Counted from the stretch's first letter, positions 25,043 to 40,794 are shown. The stretch: DNA of 64,000 nucleotides from Nemertoderma westbladi (GCA_032718475.1 JAUCBJ010004614.1:7797-71796); one strand, 5' to 3'. The notes: generated by a model not told the origin, from the letters alone. Numbers and translations are program-made.

Positions 25043-28000
25043 TTACTCGCTGGTTTTCTTTACAGCCTCCACTAATTCCTCTTCCAACAAACAACACCGT
25101 TCGATCGACCGTTTAAGTTTTCCACTTGATGTTTGTAATTCGACAGTTCTAACTAGTCCATCATTCCCTGGAAAAACATCACAGACTCTCGCTAAATTCC
25201 AATGATTTCTCCTATTACTGTCGTCCTTTAATAAAACTAAGTCGCCCTTTCGGACGTTTCGCGTTACGAATTGGTTTATTTTTCGTTTGTGCAATGTTGG
25301 CAGATAGAACTTCTGCCACATATCCCAAAACTCATTGGCACATTCTTGACTACGCCTCCACGCCTTTCTTGAGCTCAAGTCTCCCGGATCAGGAGTTTCA
25401 AGAGGTAATCCTATACCTCCTCCTACACCGAGAATTTTGTTGGGAGTTATTGCTGTTATTCCACTAGGGTTATCAGTAACTTGAAATAACGGTCTAGAAT
25501 TGATGGAATATTGAATCTCCGCAAGTGCTGTTCTCAAAACGTCAAATGTAACTGTTTTATTACCAATTGTTGCTGCTAGCGCTTCCTTTGTAGAGCGGAC
25601 CATACGTTCCCATACACCCCCAGCATGAGGATTAATAGGTGTTATATTCTTCCATGTTATATTTCTTGCAGCGAGTTCTGATTGGAGTTTATGTTTATTC
25701 AAGTCCTTTACAACCTGTGTCAATTCATTATTTGCTCCAATGAAGTTCGATCCATTGTCGCTGTACATAAGTCTAACATTGCCTCTGGTTGATATGAATC
25801 TCCGGTATGCACAAAGAAATGCATCTGTTGACGCGCTTTCAGCGATATCTAAATGTACTGCCCTTGTTGAAAGACAAGTAAACAATACTCCATAAACCTT
25901 CATCGTTGTTCTTACTCGTTTGCACATTATATATAGGTCCCCAGTAGTCAACTCCACAAGTTTCGAAAGGCAATCCTCCAATTACGAGTCTTTCTCGAGG
26001 CAAATCACCCATTCTTTGTACTAATAATTCAGCATTACGTTTTCTACACACATAACATTTCTTTAGTAAGCGACGTATTCGAGGCCTTGCTTGAACTATC
26101 CAATAAGTTTCCCTCAACTTAGCTAGAGTATGATCTTCTCCTTTGTGTAGTATTTTCCAATGTACATCGTATATTAATGAGTTAATTATCCAAGAATCCT
26201 TAGGTATAATTATTGGTTCCTTATGATCAATAGGTATATCGGCATTTTTAATCCGCGAATCGATTTTCATAATTCCATTTACTAATTTGGGACACAAAGA
26301 TTTCAGTTGAGAACTTCCAGAAATAAGTTTATCTTGTGCCAATGTTTCATATTCATTGCAATATTTCCTTCTTTGCTCAAAGCCAATAATTCCTCTGGCG
26401 CATGAATTAATTTCACTTACAGTTAAAGGAGAGAACTTAACCTTTTCACCTCGCATCATCTTAATCCGCCAATCAACTAGTCGACGTATCCATCCCAACT
26501 TCCTACATGTATCTGTAAAACTATTGGAATGTGTGAGAAGTTTTTTAACAGATTCCATTCCATCATCGTCTGCAGCTATCCAATAACTAACTCCTTTCAA
26601 ACTTCCTTTGTAACTAATTTCAGCATCCTTTGGTAAATTCAGATGCATTTCGTTTATAGGTGGGGTCCAAGTTTCCTCACAATCCTTTAAGAATGCCGGG
26701 ACATTCCACCACTTGTCTTCTGCTAATAAATGTTTCGCTGTTAAACAACGACTAAGGAAATCGGCTGGATTGTCTTTACCTGCACAATGATGCCACTGTT
26801 CAACCTCACTTGTCCCCATAATTTCTTGAACTCGATTTGCTACGAACACCTGAAACCTATGTTCATTATTAGCTATATATTGAAGAGCCACCATTGAGTC
26901 ACTCCAGTAATAATGACGAACTCCACATGGGTCTTCTACTAAAGGTAATTCCTTGATAATAATTCGTGCGTTTCTAATGGCAATAACAGCTGCTAGAAGT
27001 TCAAGACGGGGTATTGTAACTTTCTTCATTGGCGCTACTCTCGCCTTTGACACTATGAGTGCGGTTTCAACACATCCATTAAGTGGCTGTCTTCGTAAGT
27101 ACGATACTGCCCCATAACCTGCTTCTGATGCATCACAAAAATGGTGAATCGAGTATATATCATCGGTATCTCGTGTTTTGAAGAAAGGTCGTGGTATTTG
27201 TAATTGTTCTAATCCAATAATATCATCCTTCCAGAGCAACCATTCTTTAATAATATCTTTGGGCAGCTTAGCATCCCATGTCAACTTAGCTTTCCACATC
27301 TCTCGTAATAGTAATTTTCCTTTCAGGATAAATGGTGTTAGAAATCCTATTGGGTCATAGACGGAACTCAAGAGGGATAAACTTCCTCTCTTTGTTAATC
27401 TGTAAGTCTCTTTATTAGTTGAGTATGTAAATACATCTTTACTTGGAATCCATTTCACTCCTAATGCTCTTGAAGATGAAATCAACATAGAAGAAACACC
27501 ATCTAGATCAAAGTCTTTGGGGACATCTTGCAAGCCAATAACTTTTTCTTTGGGTAGGTTTGACAAAAACTCTACACTATTACTTATAAACTTTGTTACA
27601 TTAAAACCTCGATTATCTAAGCACTTTATAATCCCCATAGCCACTCTCAGGGCCTTTTCCACCGTTGGTTGAGAATTGAGGCCATCATCAACATAAAAAC
27701 CATATAGAATTGCTCTTATCACTTCTATTGAGAAGTGTTCCCTTTGGTCCAATGCCGCTTGTTTTAATCCATAAGTGGCGACACATGGCGAATCCTTCTT
27801 TCCAAATGCATGAACCCTCATTTGCATAACTGTGAAGTCATCCAAATTTCCACTCTCTGGGAAATCCTCTATTGGCCCATCAAACCACAGGATGCGCATA
27901 GTATCACTGTCCCTGTCTGTAGTCCTTAGCTGATGAAACATCTTCTTAATGTCACACATAAAGCAAATAGAATGACATCGAAATCGCATTAAACAACCAA

Positions 28001-29327
28001 AAATACTGTTGTAAATATTGGGACCCTGCATAAGCAACTTATTCAAACTCATTCCAGAATATTCGGCAGCCGCATCATTTACAATTCGAATTTCTCCTGG
28101 TTTATTCGCATTTTCGACAAAGTGAGTAGGTAAATAATATGTTCGCGGTGACTCTATTAAATCATTTCCTGCTAGAATTCTGGCATGATCATTCTTCAAA
28201 TACTCATGTAAGTTTTCAACATACATTTTTTCAATCTCAGGTCTTTTAGACAGGCGTTTCTTTAAACCTTTTAGTCTCTGTATAGCTAATGCTTTGTTGT
28301 TTTTTAAACATCTTTCTTTGTCTTTCCACAACATACCTATGGTATAGTGACCATTTTCGAATGTAATTGTATTTTTCAAAATTTCTAATGACTTAAGATC
28401 TTCCTTCGAATAACCGAGTTCGATGTTGTCTACATCCATCATGTTAACGTCCCAAAACTCCTTCATGTGATTATCCAAGATTTCATCTTTTCCTCTTTGC
28501 AAATCCTTTAATTGTTGTATCAATTCAATCGGAATAGTTTTATGTATTTCCTCATGAACTAAATATGTGCAATATTGAGATAATCCTGGACTAGGATAAA
28601 TTGGACCTAGGGCTGTCCAGCCAAAAACTGTCTCGATGGCCACTGGATCTATATCATGTGGTCCTGGAACTTCATTCAGATGCCTATGTGCAGCTGGAGT
28701 TGTAATACCAATTATTAAAGTTACAGCTGGGATATCAACATCTATAAATTCTGGAATATGTCTGAGATGCTGATACTTTTCTCGAGCCTCATCATTTAAT
28801 TTATATTTCTCAAATTTGACATTGTCTTTAACTAATACATTATTTATTCTGGTCGAATAATCATATCCAGGCATAATAGCATCAACTATAAGACTAACTT
28901 GCCCAACTTTAGTACGCTGGTTATTAGATGTGATTGTAGTCAAACAAATTTCAGTTTTCTCAGTTTGCAATTTCAACTCCTTGACCACAATTGTATCTGA
29001 AAATGTAAGACTTCCACCTGTATCAATTAATGCATATGTCGTTAATGATGCATCCCCTTGACCAACTCCTTTTATTCGAACTGGAACTATCTTCTGCAAC
29101 AATCTTGTTTGCTGCACTTCTTGAAAGTTGGAAATAGCCTTCAGTGACGCCTGAATCATGTCCACTGATTTTTGAATTTCGATTTCCTCCCCCGCATTGG
29201 CTATTTCCTCATTAGGTCTACCAATTTCGGCTGATTCATTACGGGCTGTAACATTTAGTTCACATAGCCTCTCAGCGTGAATTGATTCTGCAGAATCATA
29301 TTTCACTTTATAGTGTCTTGATGCCAT
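25043..29327 (-). pseudogene. Bel/Pao pol: protease, RT, RNase H, integrase (frameshift near 25930)
   Basis: YALIDTGGSLTF; CDIKKMFHQ, FYVDD; FCDAS, IPRLELLAA; HHCC finger, GVDYWG, YSDNGSNF, GGVWERMV. Confidence 0.95.
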
Positions 29328-32300
29328 ATTTGGGCCCCCGCAGCGCTAGCACTGCCAATCATGTTAGTAGTGTTAGTAGTCAGTTGTGTAGTTGGTGTCG
29401 ATCTCACACTAAATGCATTACCACTACTAGTCACATGCCCCATTTGTCCTGTTTGTCCGGGGCTTGTCATGTTACGCACATACAACTTTGGATCATAACC
29501 ATGCAATAATGTATGATGACTACCATTGCACACATCACACCATATATTCCATGGACATTGATACATAATATGGCCCTTATTAGTACACCTATGACACACA
29601 CCTTCACTCATGAGATAATTACCTCTCTGTACAGTATCTAACTTAGCTAGGTTCATACATCGACCTACATGGTGCGTCCTTGCTGTTGGCAAATTTAACA
29701 CTCTTTCACAATATATACAGTTTTTATCTCCTACTACACCTGGTGTTATCGCAGTTGTAACTGGTCTCGGTTGTATCTGCCTACCAATATTGTATATTGA
29801 ATGTGAATTAAGAAAAAAACTGAATTATTGTACTGTACATATTATTGTCTCCCCTACTGGGCCTATTGTTCCCTATTCGTGCTGGTAAAACAGACCTATC
29901 AAAGTCTGGCTGAGAATAGCCACCTCGGCCTGGTTGATAATAATTTGATCTAAAGGCAGCACCATTAGACCAATTTGTATATCTAGATTGCCTGTTTAAA
30001 GGCATTGACATTTGTCTATTTTGATTGGGTTGTTGTTTAAAATTGCTTGCAGAACTTTTCATAGGCTTACCAGCTGGACCCCAAATTTCATGTTCTGCCT
30101 CTACCCCAAATAATTCATTACACATGGAGTCACTATGCATTTCAATGAATGCTGATAATTGTACAAGGTCAGGGTCTTGTCCTTTCAGACGTTTAATATT
30201 CTCAGCATGTGGCCTCCATTTATTTTGTATAAAATCTGGAAAGGTCCATAGTGCATTTTGTACATTTGAGGACAATGTTAAATATTCCTGTGCTCCTATA
30301 TACTGGAGACAATTTACCATAGACCGAATCATATCTGAGTATCTACGAACATCTTTACCAGATGCATTGTTTGGGAATTTGGGATGTTCCCTAATTTTCT
30401 GTTCACATTTCCGCTGTATTAGAGCTGGATCCCCATAACGTCTAGATAAAAGTCCCCATGCTCTAACATAGCCATCTGGTGTCCCCCGTAATGGTTTCAC
30501 TAATGTATATGCTTCACCCTTTAAATGTTTTAATAACAGCTGTAATTTTTCATCCTCACTCCAATACCTTTTTTGAGCTACATTTTGGACAAATTCTATT
30601 TTAAAATTTATGAATTCAATAGGGTCTCCTGCAAATTTCTCATCATCAGAAGGTTGCCACACTGTCTGTCTATCATGAAGTCTTTCAAAATACTCCCTTG
30701 TTAAACTATCAATTCCACCACCTCCAAAATAACGTTGATTTGGATTCTGGATCGAATTATCTTGTCCTGTGTTTGGGTATCTTCTTTCCCTGTTTGGGTG
30801 ACCTCTTCTATCATCCCAATTACCACCATCTCCTCCATCAGGTGGTCCACTTCCTCCATCAGGAGGTCCACTTCCTCTACAAGAGCTACGTGAATTACCG
30901 TCATTGAAATCATAATCTCCCCTATATTGTTCGGGATTTCCACCGTTCCTATTATCTCCTGCTGCTGAATTTCCTGATGGAATCATTCCCCCTTGGAATT
31001 CACTAAACCTTTCCACTGGTGCCTTTTCTGGTGCTCGATATGGTCCAGTATGGCAAGCAAAACCCTCTCCTTTATCTTCATATTGCAGAAAATAAGAAGG
31101 GGGTGGTCTCTGAGGAATGTCATTGCTATCCACTGGTGCATAGATCCATTCTGGCTTATCTGGATGTAACATTTCTTTAAACTTTGCCCCATCTTGCGAC
31201 TTATATTGATCCATTTCAATCTTCAAAGGATTTCTATTATAAAGGAGATATGGAGTGTGGATTCGCCTCTGGTTGATTAATCCGAGCTAATGGATCATCT
31301 TTCCAAATTTCCCGTTCATGGTCTTGCATCATTTTTGTATCCGTAAGAGCTGTTTGTTGTATGGATTCGGCTAATAACTCTGTTCGTTGAACAAGCACAT
31401 CATCCTCATCATGTAACGCATAATTACATGCCTCTAAATAATTTTCCTCGTATCGTAAATGACCATACTTATCATTAGGTATTTGCTTAGGAATAGCTCT
31501 GTCTACCATTGGTTCTTGTGTATCACCACCTGCCACTATTTGGCGAATTGACCTGAGTGGTTGTGCCTGCTGCTCATCCTTCTCTAAAGGCAAATGATCC
31601 ATGTTAAATTTAGCAGGTTTATCATTTATTGTGATAGTGTTAGCCTGTGGAATTGGCTCCACATTTAATCTACTTCTTGTAAAGTGATCAAACTTGTTAC
31701 TTAGTTCAAAATATTTTTCATCATTTACTGCTTGTATTTTTAAAAAATCATTTTGTACCCTTTGCATTTCCTTTGTAATACTACCTACTATATCTTCAAC
31801 ATGTTCTAAAGCATTAACTGTATGACTCTTTTGTAGATTTGTTAAAATAGGTTCTCTATTGAAAGAGTTAATATCCATATTGGGATCAAAATGGACATGC
31901 AATCTCGGTTGTAAATGTGGGGTTGTAGTAGTGACAGGCATCAAAGGCGTTGATGCAGAAGATATGCCTACATTTAGATCTTCAAAACTGTCATTAAAGT
32001 GATAATCATCAAAAAATGTCATCAAACTGCTATTTGAATTTTGTAAGCTACTGGCTTGTTTGTGTACACTGAGAGGCTCTGGATCTCTCTTTTTATTAAA
32101 ATGTACATTTAATACATCTGAGCCCCTTTGGGATGTTGAAATTTTTGTAGCAACATTAGAACCTGCCACACATTGAACCAATCCTACATCACTGCTCAGC
32201 CTAGCTGAGGTGCTAATCCCTTGAGTAGTTAGACCTATATCTTGCAAAAAATTTGTATCTAAATTTACCATTTCAGAACAAATGGGTCCACTAATACTAA

Positions 32301-33871
32301 CTGCTGGTTCTAATGAATAACCTACATTAACTACCTTTGGTTCATCATCTGTATATGCTCTGCCTACATTTCTTAATACTGTAATATCAGGAGGCTGTGA
32401 TTCATTGAATAACTCCGGTACATTGATACTACTAATTGCATCTGACACCAGATTATCAATACTGGTATCGAAATCATCGGCTTCTTGATCCAATTCAGCT
32501 GTAGTTGTACTGATTACCTCTCCATGGGTATTTTCATAATATCTTACCCATTGCGCCTCCTCAAAGTTAAGATTATCGGCTGATATTAATCTATTGACAG
32601 TTTCTTCATGCAATATTCTCCTACTCTCCTCCGCACTGAGCTCAGCTTCCTTCTCTTTATTTAAACGCTCTTGTTCCGTTTCTATTTGAGTCAGAGTCCG
32701 CTCTTTCTCAATTCTTTGTTCAACTAATGTCTTCTCCAGTGCAGCTTGTTCACTTTCATATCTAATCTTCTCTAACTGTTGCTGATTTTCTTCTTCAATT
32801 CTCTCTAAGTCCAAACGTTTCTCATTGCAAATTCGTTCCTGCTCTAAACTATTTCTGCGCTTTGTATTTTCAGCTTCACGTTTTTTGCTCCGTTTCTGAT
32901 ATCAAAAGCTTTTCCTGCTGTTGTAAATCAACTTTCAATAACTCTTTCTGAAAATTGATGGCACTACTGCTTGCTCTCCTACCTGCTTCTAAAGCCGCTG
33001 CTTTCTTTGCTATTTCTAAGTCACTCTTAATTATCTCCCCTTGAAGTTTAGCGTTGACTTGAGCAGCTACACGTTCTTTACGGGCCTTCACTCTTAACTC
33101 AATAATTCGCTCCATAGTACAGCTGGCCGAACTTCGTGCTGAAGACCTCGACCGTTTACTACTATGAGATTTACTGCTACCTAAACTACTTGCTACTGAT
33201 TCATTACATACAGAAATATCTTCTTCAAAATTAACATTCTGAACATAATTGGAGCACTTTTCTTGAAGGTCAATTCCTTCCTTTGGTACATCAGGTTCAA
33301 CTAGAAATTCTTGTGCTAAAATGGTCTCCCCCAATCCTAGCACATTCTTATTTACTACATCACCTACACTATTATTTATTCCACACTTTTTCTTTAATCT
33401 ATTCCATGAATTATTAAGTGCATCCTTTTCCTTAGTTTGTGCTGTCACATACTTAGAATCATCTACTCCTGCTAAATGTACTAGTTCCTAAAAATTAATA
33501 TGATATGTCTGTAAAGAATGGTCTGTTCTATTTATTATATCTCGTACTTCCTCCAATCTGGTATTATCACTAATTCTAGCCGACAACTTGTCTATAACAG
33601 ATTGGATATGCGTTCGTGAAGTCGTGATAGATCGTTTGAGCTGCTTTACCCGATCCTGACTCCCCAGGTTGGCCAAACCTCGAGAGCTAGAACGAACATT
33701 TTCAGCAACTCTCCGACCATCAAGCGACCCACTATAGCAAGTTCCAGATCGTGTCATATGCTTGTCTCGGCATGTTGCACTTGCCTCTGCACCTGCAGGT
33801 TGCGAGGTTTGTACAACATTAACTACTGTACTGGTACTGTCAACATTACTTTCTAAATCTTTCTGTTCCAT
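29303..33871 (-). pseudogene. Bel/Pao gag with long N-terminal extension, broken by stops and frameshifts
   Basis: Coiled-coil N-terminus; KFAGDPIEF..F...F...KLQLLLKHLKGEA...AWGLLSRRYG capsid-like core (DUF1759-type); triple knuckle including CHRCTNKGHIMYQC and CDVCNGSHHTLLH. Confidence 0.9.
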
Positions 33872-34965
33872 TTTATATCCCTTTGTTATTACAAATTTTA
33901 TTTATTTATAAATTTTTATTCTTTCTTACTTCTAATTATATATCAGTCTTATATCAACTTTCGATTCCTATCACTCCCTATCTGCCTATTTCAAACAAAT
34001 ATCGTGCTGTAGAGATAAGTCCTTTATATAATTCCTTTCTCCTTTCTGGCTGTCTGGTAAACCTACAGTAATATATACCTACCGCTATAACGGCAATTTC
34101 TTTCCTATAATTTATTTAGGCCTAGGCCTATATCTGTATATAATTAATTTCTTGATTTCTTGAGTAGGTAGACCTACCAACTAAAGAGAAACAGGTAGAC
34201 AGGTATTCGTCAACAATGTTCATGTACAAGTTTCCTTCATATATAGTATCGACGGTATATATAAAGGCCTACTAAAGGTATCACTGTATCATAATTATAA
34301 TAAATATTCCGGTCTTTTCAAATTTTATCTGTCAGTCTTTCTGTATTTACTTAGGTAATAGACGTGTATCTGCCTATCAACAATCCAGTCAAATAAGTTT
34401 AGCAATACCGGTATTAAATTCTGCCTTTTACAGTATTACATAAGAAGAAAATCTGCCATTATAATATATATCATATCATATCATATTCATAAGACAATCA
34501 ACATTAAATAATAATATTATTCAAATTTCATAAATTACTCAAAATTAGGCCTAATTACCGGTATCCAAATTCAAACAAAATTAAGCCTACACAAACTGAA
34601 AGGCAGAAAAGGTAATCATCAGTACTGAACCGGTATATAATGTACGTATATATATATATATATCCAACACACAACCTTAGGGCCACTTATGGATGTAAGT
34701 AGGTGGCCTTATGGTTCTATTCAATATCCAACAGTGGCCCTATGGTCGGAAAGGTGGCCCTATGGTTTAATCGTGCCATGGGGCCACAGTGGCCCTATGG
34801 TATGAAGTAGTTGTAAGGCGTTATAAGGTCCTTTGGACATTAGGTGTTGCATCTTTAGGTCCTATGAGTGGTGGTTATTAACCCCTGCGCTGTTAGTTTC
34901 TTTCATAATACAGTAGTTTTATATATATTTAAAGCTGATTATCTTCAAAAATTCAGTAAGCCTTC

Positions 34966-37166
34966 TTTCTATTAAGTGAGCGTTCTATTCAGGGATTGTT
35001 CTATTCAGTGAACGTTCTATTTACAGTGAGTATTCTATTCAGTGAGCGTTCTATTCAGTGAGTGTTATATTCTGTGAACGTTCAATTCAGTGAGCGTTCT
35101 ATTCAGTGCACGTTCAATTCAGTGAGCGTTCTATTCAGTGAACGTTCTATTCAGGGAGTGTTCTATTCAGTAAGCGTTCTATTCAGTGAACTTCCTATTC
35201 AGCGAGTGTTCTATTCAGGGAGTGTTCTATTCAGTAAGCGTTCTATTCAGTCAACTTCCTATTCAGTGAGTGTTCAATTATGCGAACGTTCTATTCAGTG
35301 AGCGTTCTATTCAGTGAGTGTACTATTCAGTGAGTGTTCTATTCAGTGAGCATTCAATTCAGTTTGCGTTCTATTCAGTGCACGTTCAATTCAGTGAGCG
35401 TTCTATTCAGTGAACGTTCTATTCAGGGAGTGTTCTATTCAGTAAGCGTTCTATTCAGTAAACTTCCTATTCTGCGAGTGTTCTACTCAGTAAGCGTTCT
35501 ATTCCGTGAACGTTATATTCAGTGAATGTTCTATTCAGTATGCGTTCTATTCAGTGAACTTCCTATTCAGCGAGTGTTCTATTCAGTAAGCGTTCTATTA
35601 AGTGAGCTTTCTATTCAGCGATCGTTCTATTCAGTGAACGTTCTATAGAGTGAGTATTCTATTCTGTGAACGTTCTATTAAGTGAGCGTTCTATTCAGCG
35701 ATCGTTCTATTCAGTGAACGTTCTATTTAGTGAGTATTCTATTCAGTGAGCGTTCTATTCAGTGAGTGTTATATTCTGTGAACGTTCAATTCAGTGAGCG
35801 TTCTATTCAGTGCACGTTCAATTCAGTGAGCGTTCTATTCAGTGAACGTTATATTCAGGGATTGTTCTATTCAGTACGCGTTCTATTCAGTGAACTTCCT
35901 ATTCAGCGAGTGTTCTATTCAGTAAGCGTTCTATTCAGTGAAGTACCTATTCAGTGAGTGTTCAATTAAATGAACGTTCTATTCAGAGAACGTTCTATTC
36001 ATTGAGTATTCTATTCAGTGAGCGTTCTATTCAGTGAGTGTTATATTCTGTGAACGTTCAATTCAGTGAGCGTTCTATTCAGTGCACGTTCAATTCAGTG
36101 AGCGTTCTATTCAGTGAACGTTCTATTCAGGGATTGTTCTATTCAGTAAGCGTTCTATTCAGTGAACGCTCTATTCAGTTAGTGTTCTATTCAGTGGACA
36201 TTCTATTCAGTGAGTGTTCTATTCAGTAAGCGTTCTATTAATTTAACGTTCTATTTAGTGAGTGTTCTATTCAGTAAGCGTTCTATTCAGTGATCGTTCT
36301 ATTCAGTGAGTGTTATATTCTGTGAAAGTTCAATTCAGTGAGCGTTCTATTCAGTTAGCGTTCTATTCAGTGAACGTTCAATTCAGTGAGCGTTCTATTC
36401 AGTTAACGTTCTATTCAGTGAGTGTTCTATTCAGTAAGCGTTCTATTCATTGAACGTTCTATTCAGTGAGTGTTCTATTCAGTAAGCGTTCTATTCAGTG
36501 AGCGTTCTATTCAGTGAGTGTTATATTCTGTGAACGTTCAATTCAGTGAGCATTATATTCATTGAACGTTCTATTCAGTGAGTGTTATATTCTGTGAACG
36601 TTCAATTCAGTGAGCGTTCTATTCAGCGCACGTTCAATTCAGTGAGCATTCTATTCAGTGAACGTTCTATTCAGTGAGTGTTCTATTCAGTGAACGTTCT
36701 ATTCAGTGAGTGTTCTATTCACTAAGCGTTCTATTCAGTGAACTTTCTATTCAGTGAGTGTTCTATTCAGTAAGCGTTCTATTCCGTGAACGTTATATTC
36801 AGTAAGTGTTCTATTCAGTAAGCGTTCTATTTAGTGAATGTTCTATTCAGTGAGCATTATATTCAGTGAGTGTTCAATTAAGTGAGCGTTCTATTTATTG
36901 AACGTTCTATTCAGTGAGTTTTCTATTCAGTGAGCGTTTTATTTAGTGCATGTTCTATTCAGTAAGCGTTCTATTTAGTGAACGTTCTATTCAGTGAGTG
37001 TTCTATTCAGTAAGCTTATTCAGTTAACGTTATTTTCAGTTAGTATTCTATTCAGTAAGCGTTCTATTCAGGGAACGTTCTAGTCAGCGAGTGTTCTATT
37101 CAGTAAGTGTTCTATTCAGTAAGTGTTCTATTCATTGAACGTTCTATTCAATGAGCGTTCTATTAA
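34966..37166. repeat. 16-bp satellite (GTTCTATTCAGTGAGC)n, left part
   Basis: Direct reading; higher-order blocks at 272-bp (17 units) and 704-bp (44 units) offsets. Confidence 0.96.
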
Positions 37167-40100
37167 CCCTTCCCCGGTAACGTGGGGTAAAATAATACCC
37201 CAAGGGGATTAATTTTGATATTTTTCGACAATCTCTCATATTATGTATGTCCAGCTTCATAGTATCTTCCAAAAAACTTGTAATCTAACGATTGTGTGGG
37301 TCAAACCCATAAAATTTTGTTTATGAAAAATGTTATGGGCCTTTCTGCCTTTAATTTGAAAACAACTTAGTTAGGTAAGATGGGGTATAAAAATACCCCA
37401 TAACGTTATGGTGCTGGTTTAGTAGTACTTTGTGACTCATTTTGGTGTCATTTGAACCACAATGGTCGATTTAGTTGTACTAGACTGCTAGACAGCTAGA
37501 GGCATGTTTTAACTTTGACTTTTAAGACCAAATTATCAGTATTTTGAAGCTACTGTATTCTGGTATTGTGTATGGCCTGTATTTCACAAGCCAAGACTTC
37601 GGCCTAATCGCGATATGCGATAGATTCTGAGATTGCTAAGTATAATATGTGAATAATTCTTATTGTAGGCTTTCTTAGTGGTGTTCTGTCCTTTTGGGTC
37701 TCATTATGGGTTCATTGTAACTGCAATAATGTATAATTTAGTTGGGACAATAATCACATTTAATGTTTATCACATTTAATTAAAATACTAGTTCAACCGC
37801 GCAAAATACCAAACAAACCCTGGATGACCACTGCTTTAATTAATTGTACAATAAAAAAAAATAAGCTATATCGTCAATACCTAAAACAACCCACTGAATC
37901 TAACCTGATAAAATTCAAGATGTACAGAAATAAATTAACTTCATCCCTGAGAACTGCAGAAAAGCTATACTATACAGACCAATTTGAAAAAAATTCGAAA
38001 AATATTCGAAAAACTTGGCTGATAATAAATTCCGCACTTAACAAATCGAAAAAAATAAGCATCCCTAACCAAATTACCACTCGTACCGATAATATAATTG
38101 AAACTACTAGAGACCCCGCTAAAATAGCTAATATTCTTAATACTCACTTCGCTACCGTAGGTTCTAAACTAAATAGAAACATCCCAACATCTAATCGATC
38201 CCCACTCCGTTTCATTTCTAACCCCAACCGACGTCCTAACTCGTTCTCGCTTATTGAAACTACTCCTGTAGAAGTCGAATATTTATTGCTCCATCTAATT
38301 CCCAAATCTGCAACAACGATTCATTCCCCACTAAGTTACTTCAACTCGCGGCTAAACCTATATCTATATATCTCAGCAAACTAATTAATCTATCTATCAG
38401 GTTAGGACACTTCCCGAGTTCCCTCAAAATTGCTAAAGTTATCCCTTCATACAAAACGGATGACCCTACTGATCCTAATAATTATCGACCGATCTCGCTT
38501 CTTCCAATACTAAGTAAAATATTCGAACAGATCATTAACTCACAACTACTATCTTACCTAAGTAAATTCAAATTACTAACAAACTCCCAGTACGGTTTTC
38601 GGCCCAAAATTTCGACCTCACACGCTTTACTTTCGGTTATTGAAAAAATTCACCAAGCACTTGATAATAAAAAAACCACATATGCTATATATATAGATCT
38701 AAAGAAGGCTTTTGACACTATCAATACAAAAATACTCTTAGATAAGCTAAACTGCTATGGCGTACGCGGTATCCCTCATCAACTAATCTCTAGCTTCCTA
38801 TCCTCTAGATTTCAGTACGTGTCTATAGACTCCTGCTCATCTACTCTCTTACCATTACTATGTGGCCTCCCTCAGGGAGGGGTTCTCTCCCCCCTTCTAT
38901 TTCTAATCTACATTAATGACTTACCCAATGTAACTACTTTATTAGCTACGTTATTTGCAGACGACACTACTCTATTTCAATCAGGCACCAATCTAACCGA
39001 TCTAACTAATGACATTAACCTGGAATTGAATAAAATCGCTGGTTGGCTAATTGATAATCGTCTTTCCCTAAATCTAAAAAAAACTGAAGCTACTCTATTC
39101 TCCAATACACTCCAACAAACTTGTAATCTACCTGCACTCCAAATAAATAATAATAAAATTCAAATTACAAATAGCACTAAATTTTTGGGTGTGTATGTAG
39201 ATAACAATTTAAATTGGAAACCCCATATAGATTTCGTTAAAAGTAAAATATCAAAATCTGCAGGCATTTTCTACAAGCTTCGACATATATTTCCACTACA
39301 AATACTAAGACAACTTTATTTTACACTAATTCATCCCTACCTCAACTATGGAATCTTGCTATGGGGTAATACCCATTCTAGTACGCTAAAATCGCTTCGA
39401 ATCAAAATCAACAAATTAGTCAGATGTATTACTTTCAACCACTACCAGGCCTCTTCTCATCCAATATATAAATCTCTATCTATACTTCCGCTGAATTTAC
39501 TATATAAACATCAAGTAGGATCTCTTATGTACGATGTAAACTCTACTCCTAATAACTTACCAACTTCAATTCAAGATCTATTCAGGAAAACCTCTACAGT
39601 ACATAACTACCCTACTCGTTCTGCTACTCGTGGCGACTTCTATATTCAAACAGCACGTTTAACTTCGACACAACGATCCATCAGCTTTCAAGGTCCCCTG
39701 ATTTGGAATGAAATACCAGCTACAATTAAAAATAGTAAGTCCAAAACCAGCTTCACAAACTCTTTCAAAAAAATTTTACTCTCAAGTTTACCAGTAACAT
39801 AAACTTTTGAAAATAAATTCTTAAAAGTAAATAAAAAAAACGCAGCTTCATTTCTTTCTTCCTTTTTCTCTTTATTCTTATAGTTTGTTTTGCTCATTTT
39901 TTCGCTCAGTATATAGATGTTGAACTGTGGCTTAGGAGTTAATCTGATAGGTGTAGTTAACCAACAAAAATTAAAGAAAAAATTAGTATTATCTTTCTTA
40001 TGCTAAAAACGACCCCAAATCTCCCCCCCCCCCCCCCCCACCCACCCCATCACCCCCCCCCCCCCCTCCCACCCATCACCAACACCCCCCCCCCCCACCA

Positions 40101-40794
40101 CTCCCCCCCCCCCCCCCCCCAACATGACTTCCAGCTGCTGCAGTCGGTCTGTACTAGCACCGTAGCTATTGCCTGGCTGCAGCAGTAAATAATAACTATT
40201 ACTTTTGTGTAATATGTCATTTTTGTAGTGCCTGGAATTTTAATTTTAATTTGGAAGTTATGAATAAATGTTAAATGTTAATGACCAAATCATCAGTACT
40301 TTTGCAGTCATGGTGTAAATTTCATATTACAATTCAAGATCTTCTGCTATTGCGAGGTGATATAGGGCCTATCTGTATATATATATATTTCATCTTGTTG
40401 ACTTTCAGTGGTGGTATTTGACTCATTTTATGCTTCTTGGAACTGCAATGGTATACTTGTTGACCCATAACACCACTAAAAAACCTAAAATGAGAAACAC
40501 TCTCACACAGCTAATGCTTCACTATGATAGTATCTTGTTGCAAAACGCCCCATCGCGACGTTAACGATGATCGCGATTGTAGTGGGATAACTTTTGTGGC
40601 ATTGAGCGTTGGGTAGACTTCAACCAAATTGAAAAAACAAATTCACAACTTATTTTTTCACCATTTGGCAAATTTTGGGAGGGGGATTGCAAGTGTTTTT
40701 CTGTTTAATGTTACTTAAAATGTCTTATCAATTTGGGGTATAAAAATACCCCACGTTACCGGTGAAGGATAATTTTTTACCATACCGGGCAGGG
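37167..40794. mobile_element. Non-autonomous piggyBac-type element
   Basis: TTAA TSD (37163-37166 and 40795-40798); ends CCCTTCCCCGGTA / TACCGGGCAGGG; asymmetric subterminal inverted repeat (CCGGTAACGTGGGGTA...ATACCCCAA mirrored at about 40733-40768). Confidence 0.88.
37781..40281 (+). mobile_element. 5'-truncated CR1/L2-group LINE with RT domain
   Basis: KPWMT, NYRPISLLP, QYGFR, DLKKAFDT, GLPQGGVLSPLLFLIYINDL, LFADDT, FLGV; C-rich 3' UTR, AATAAA and an (AAATGTT)n tail. Confidence 0.9.

Noticed and set aside
35062-36229. Repetitive ORFs and a CRISPR-like appearance
   Set aside because: Contiguous 16-bp tandem units with no unique spacers and no cas genes; eukaryotic context.
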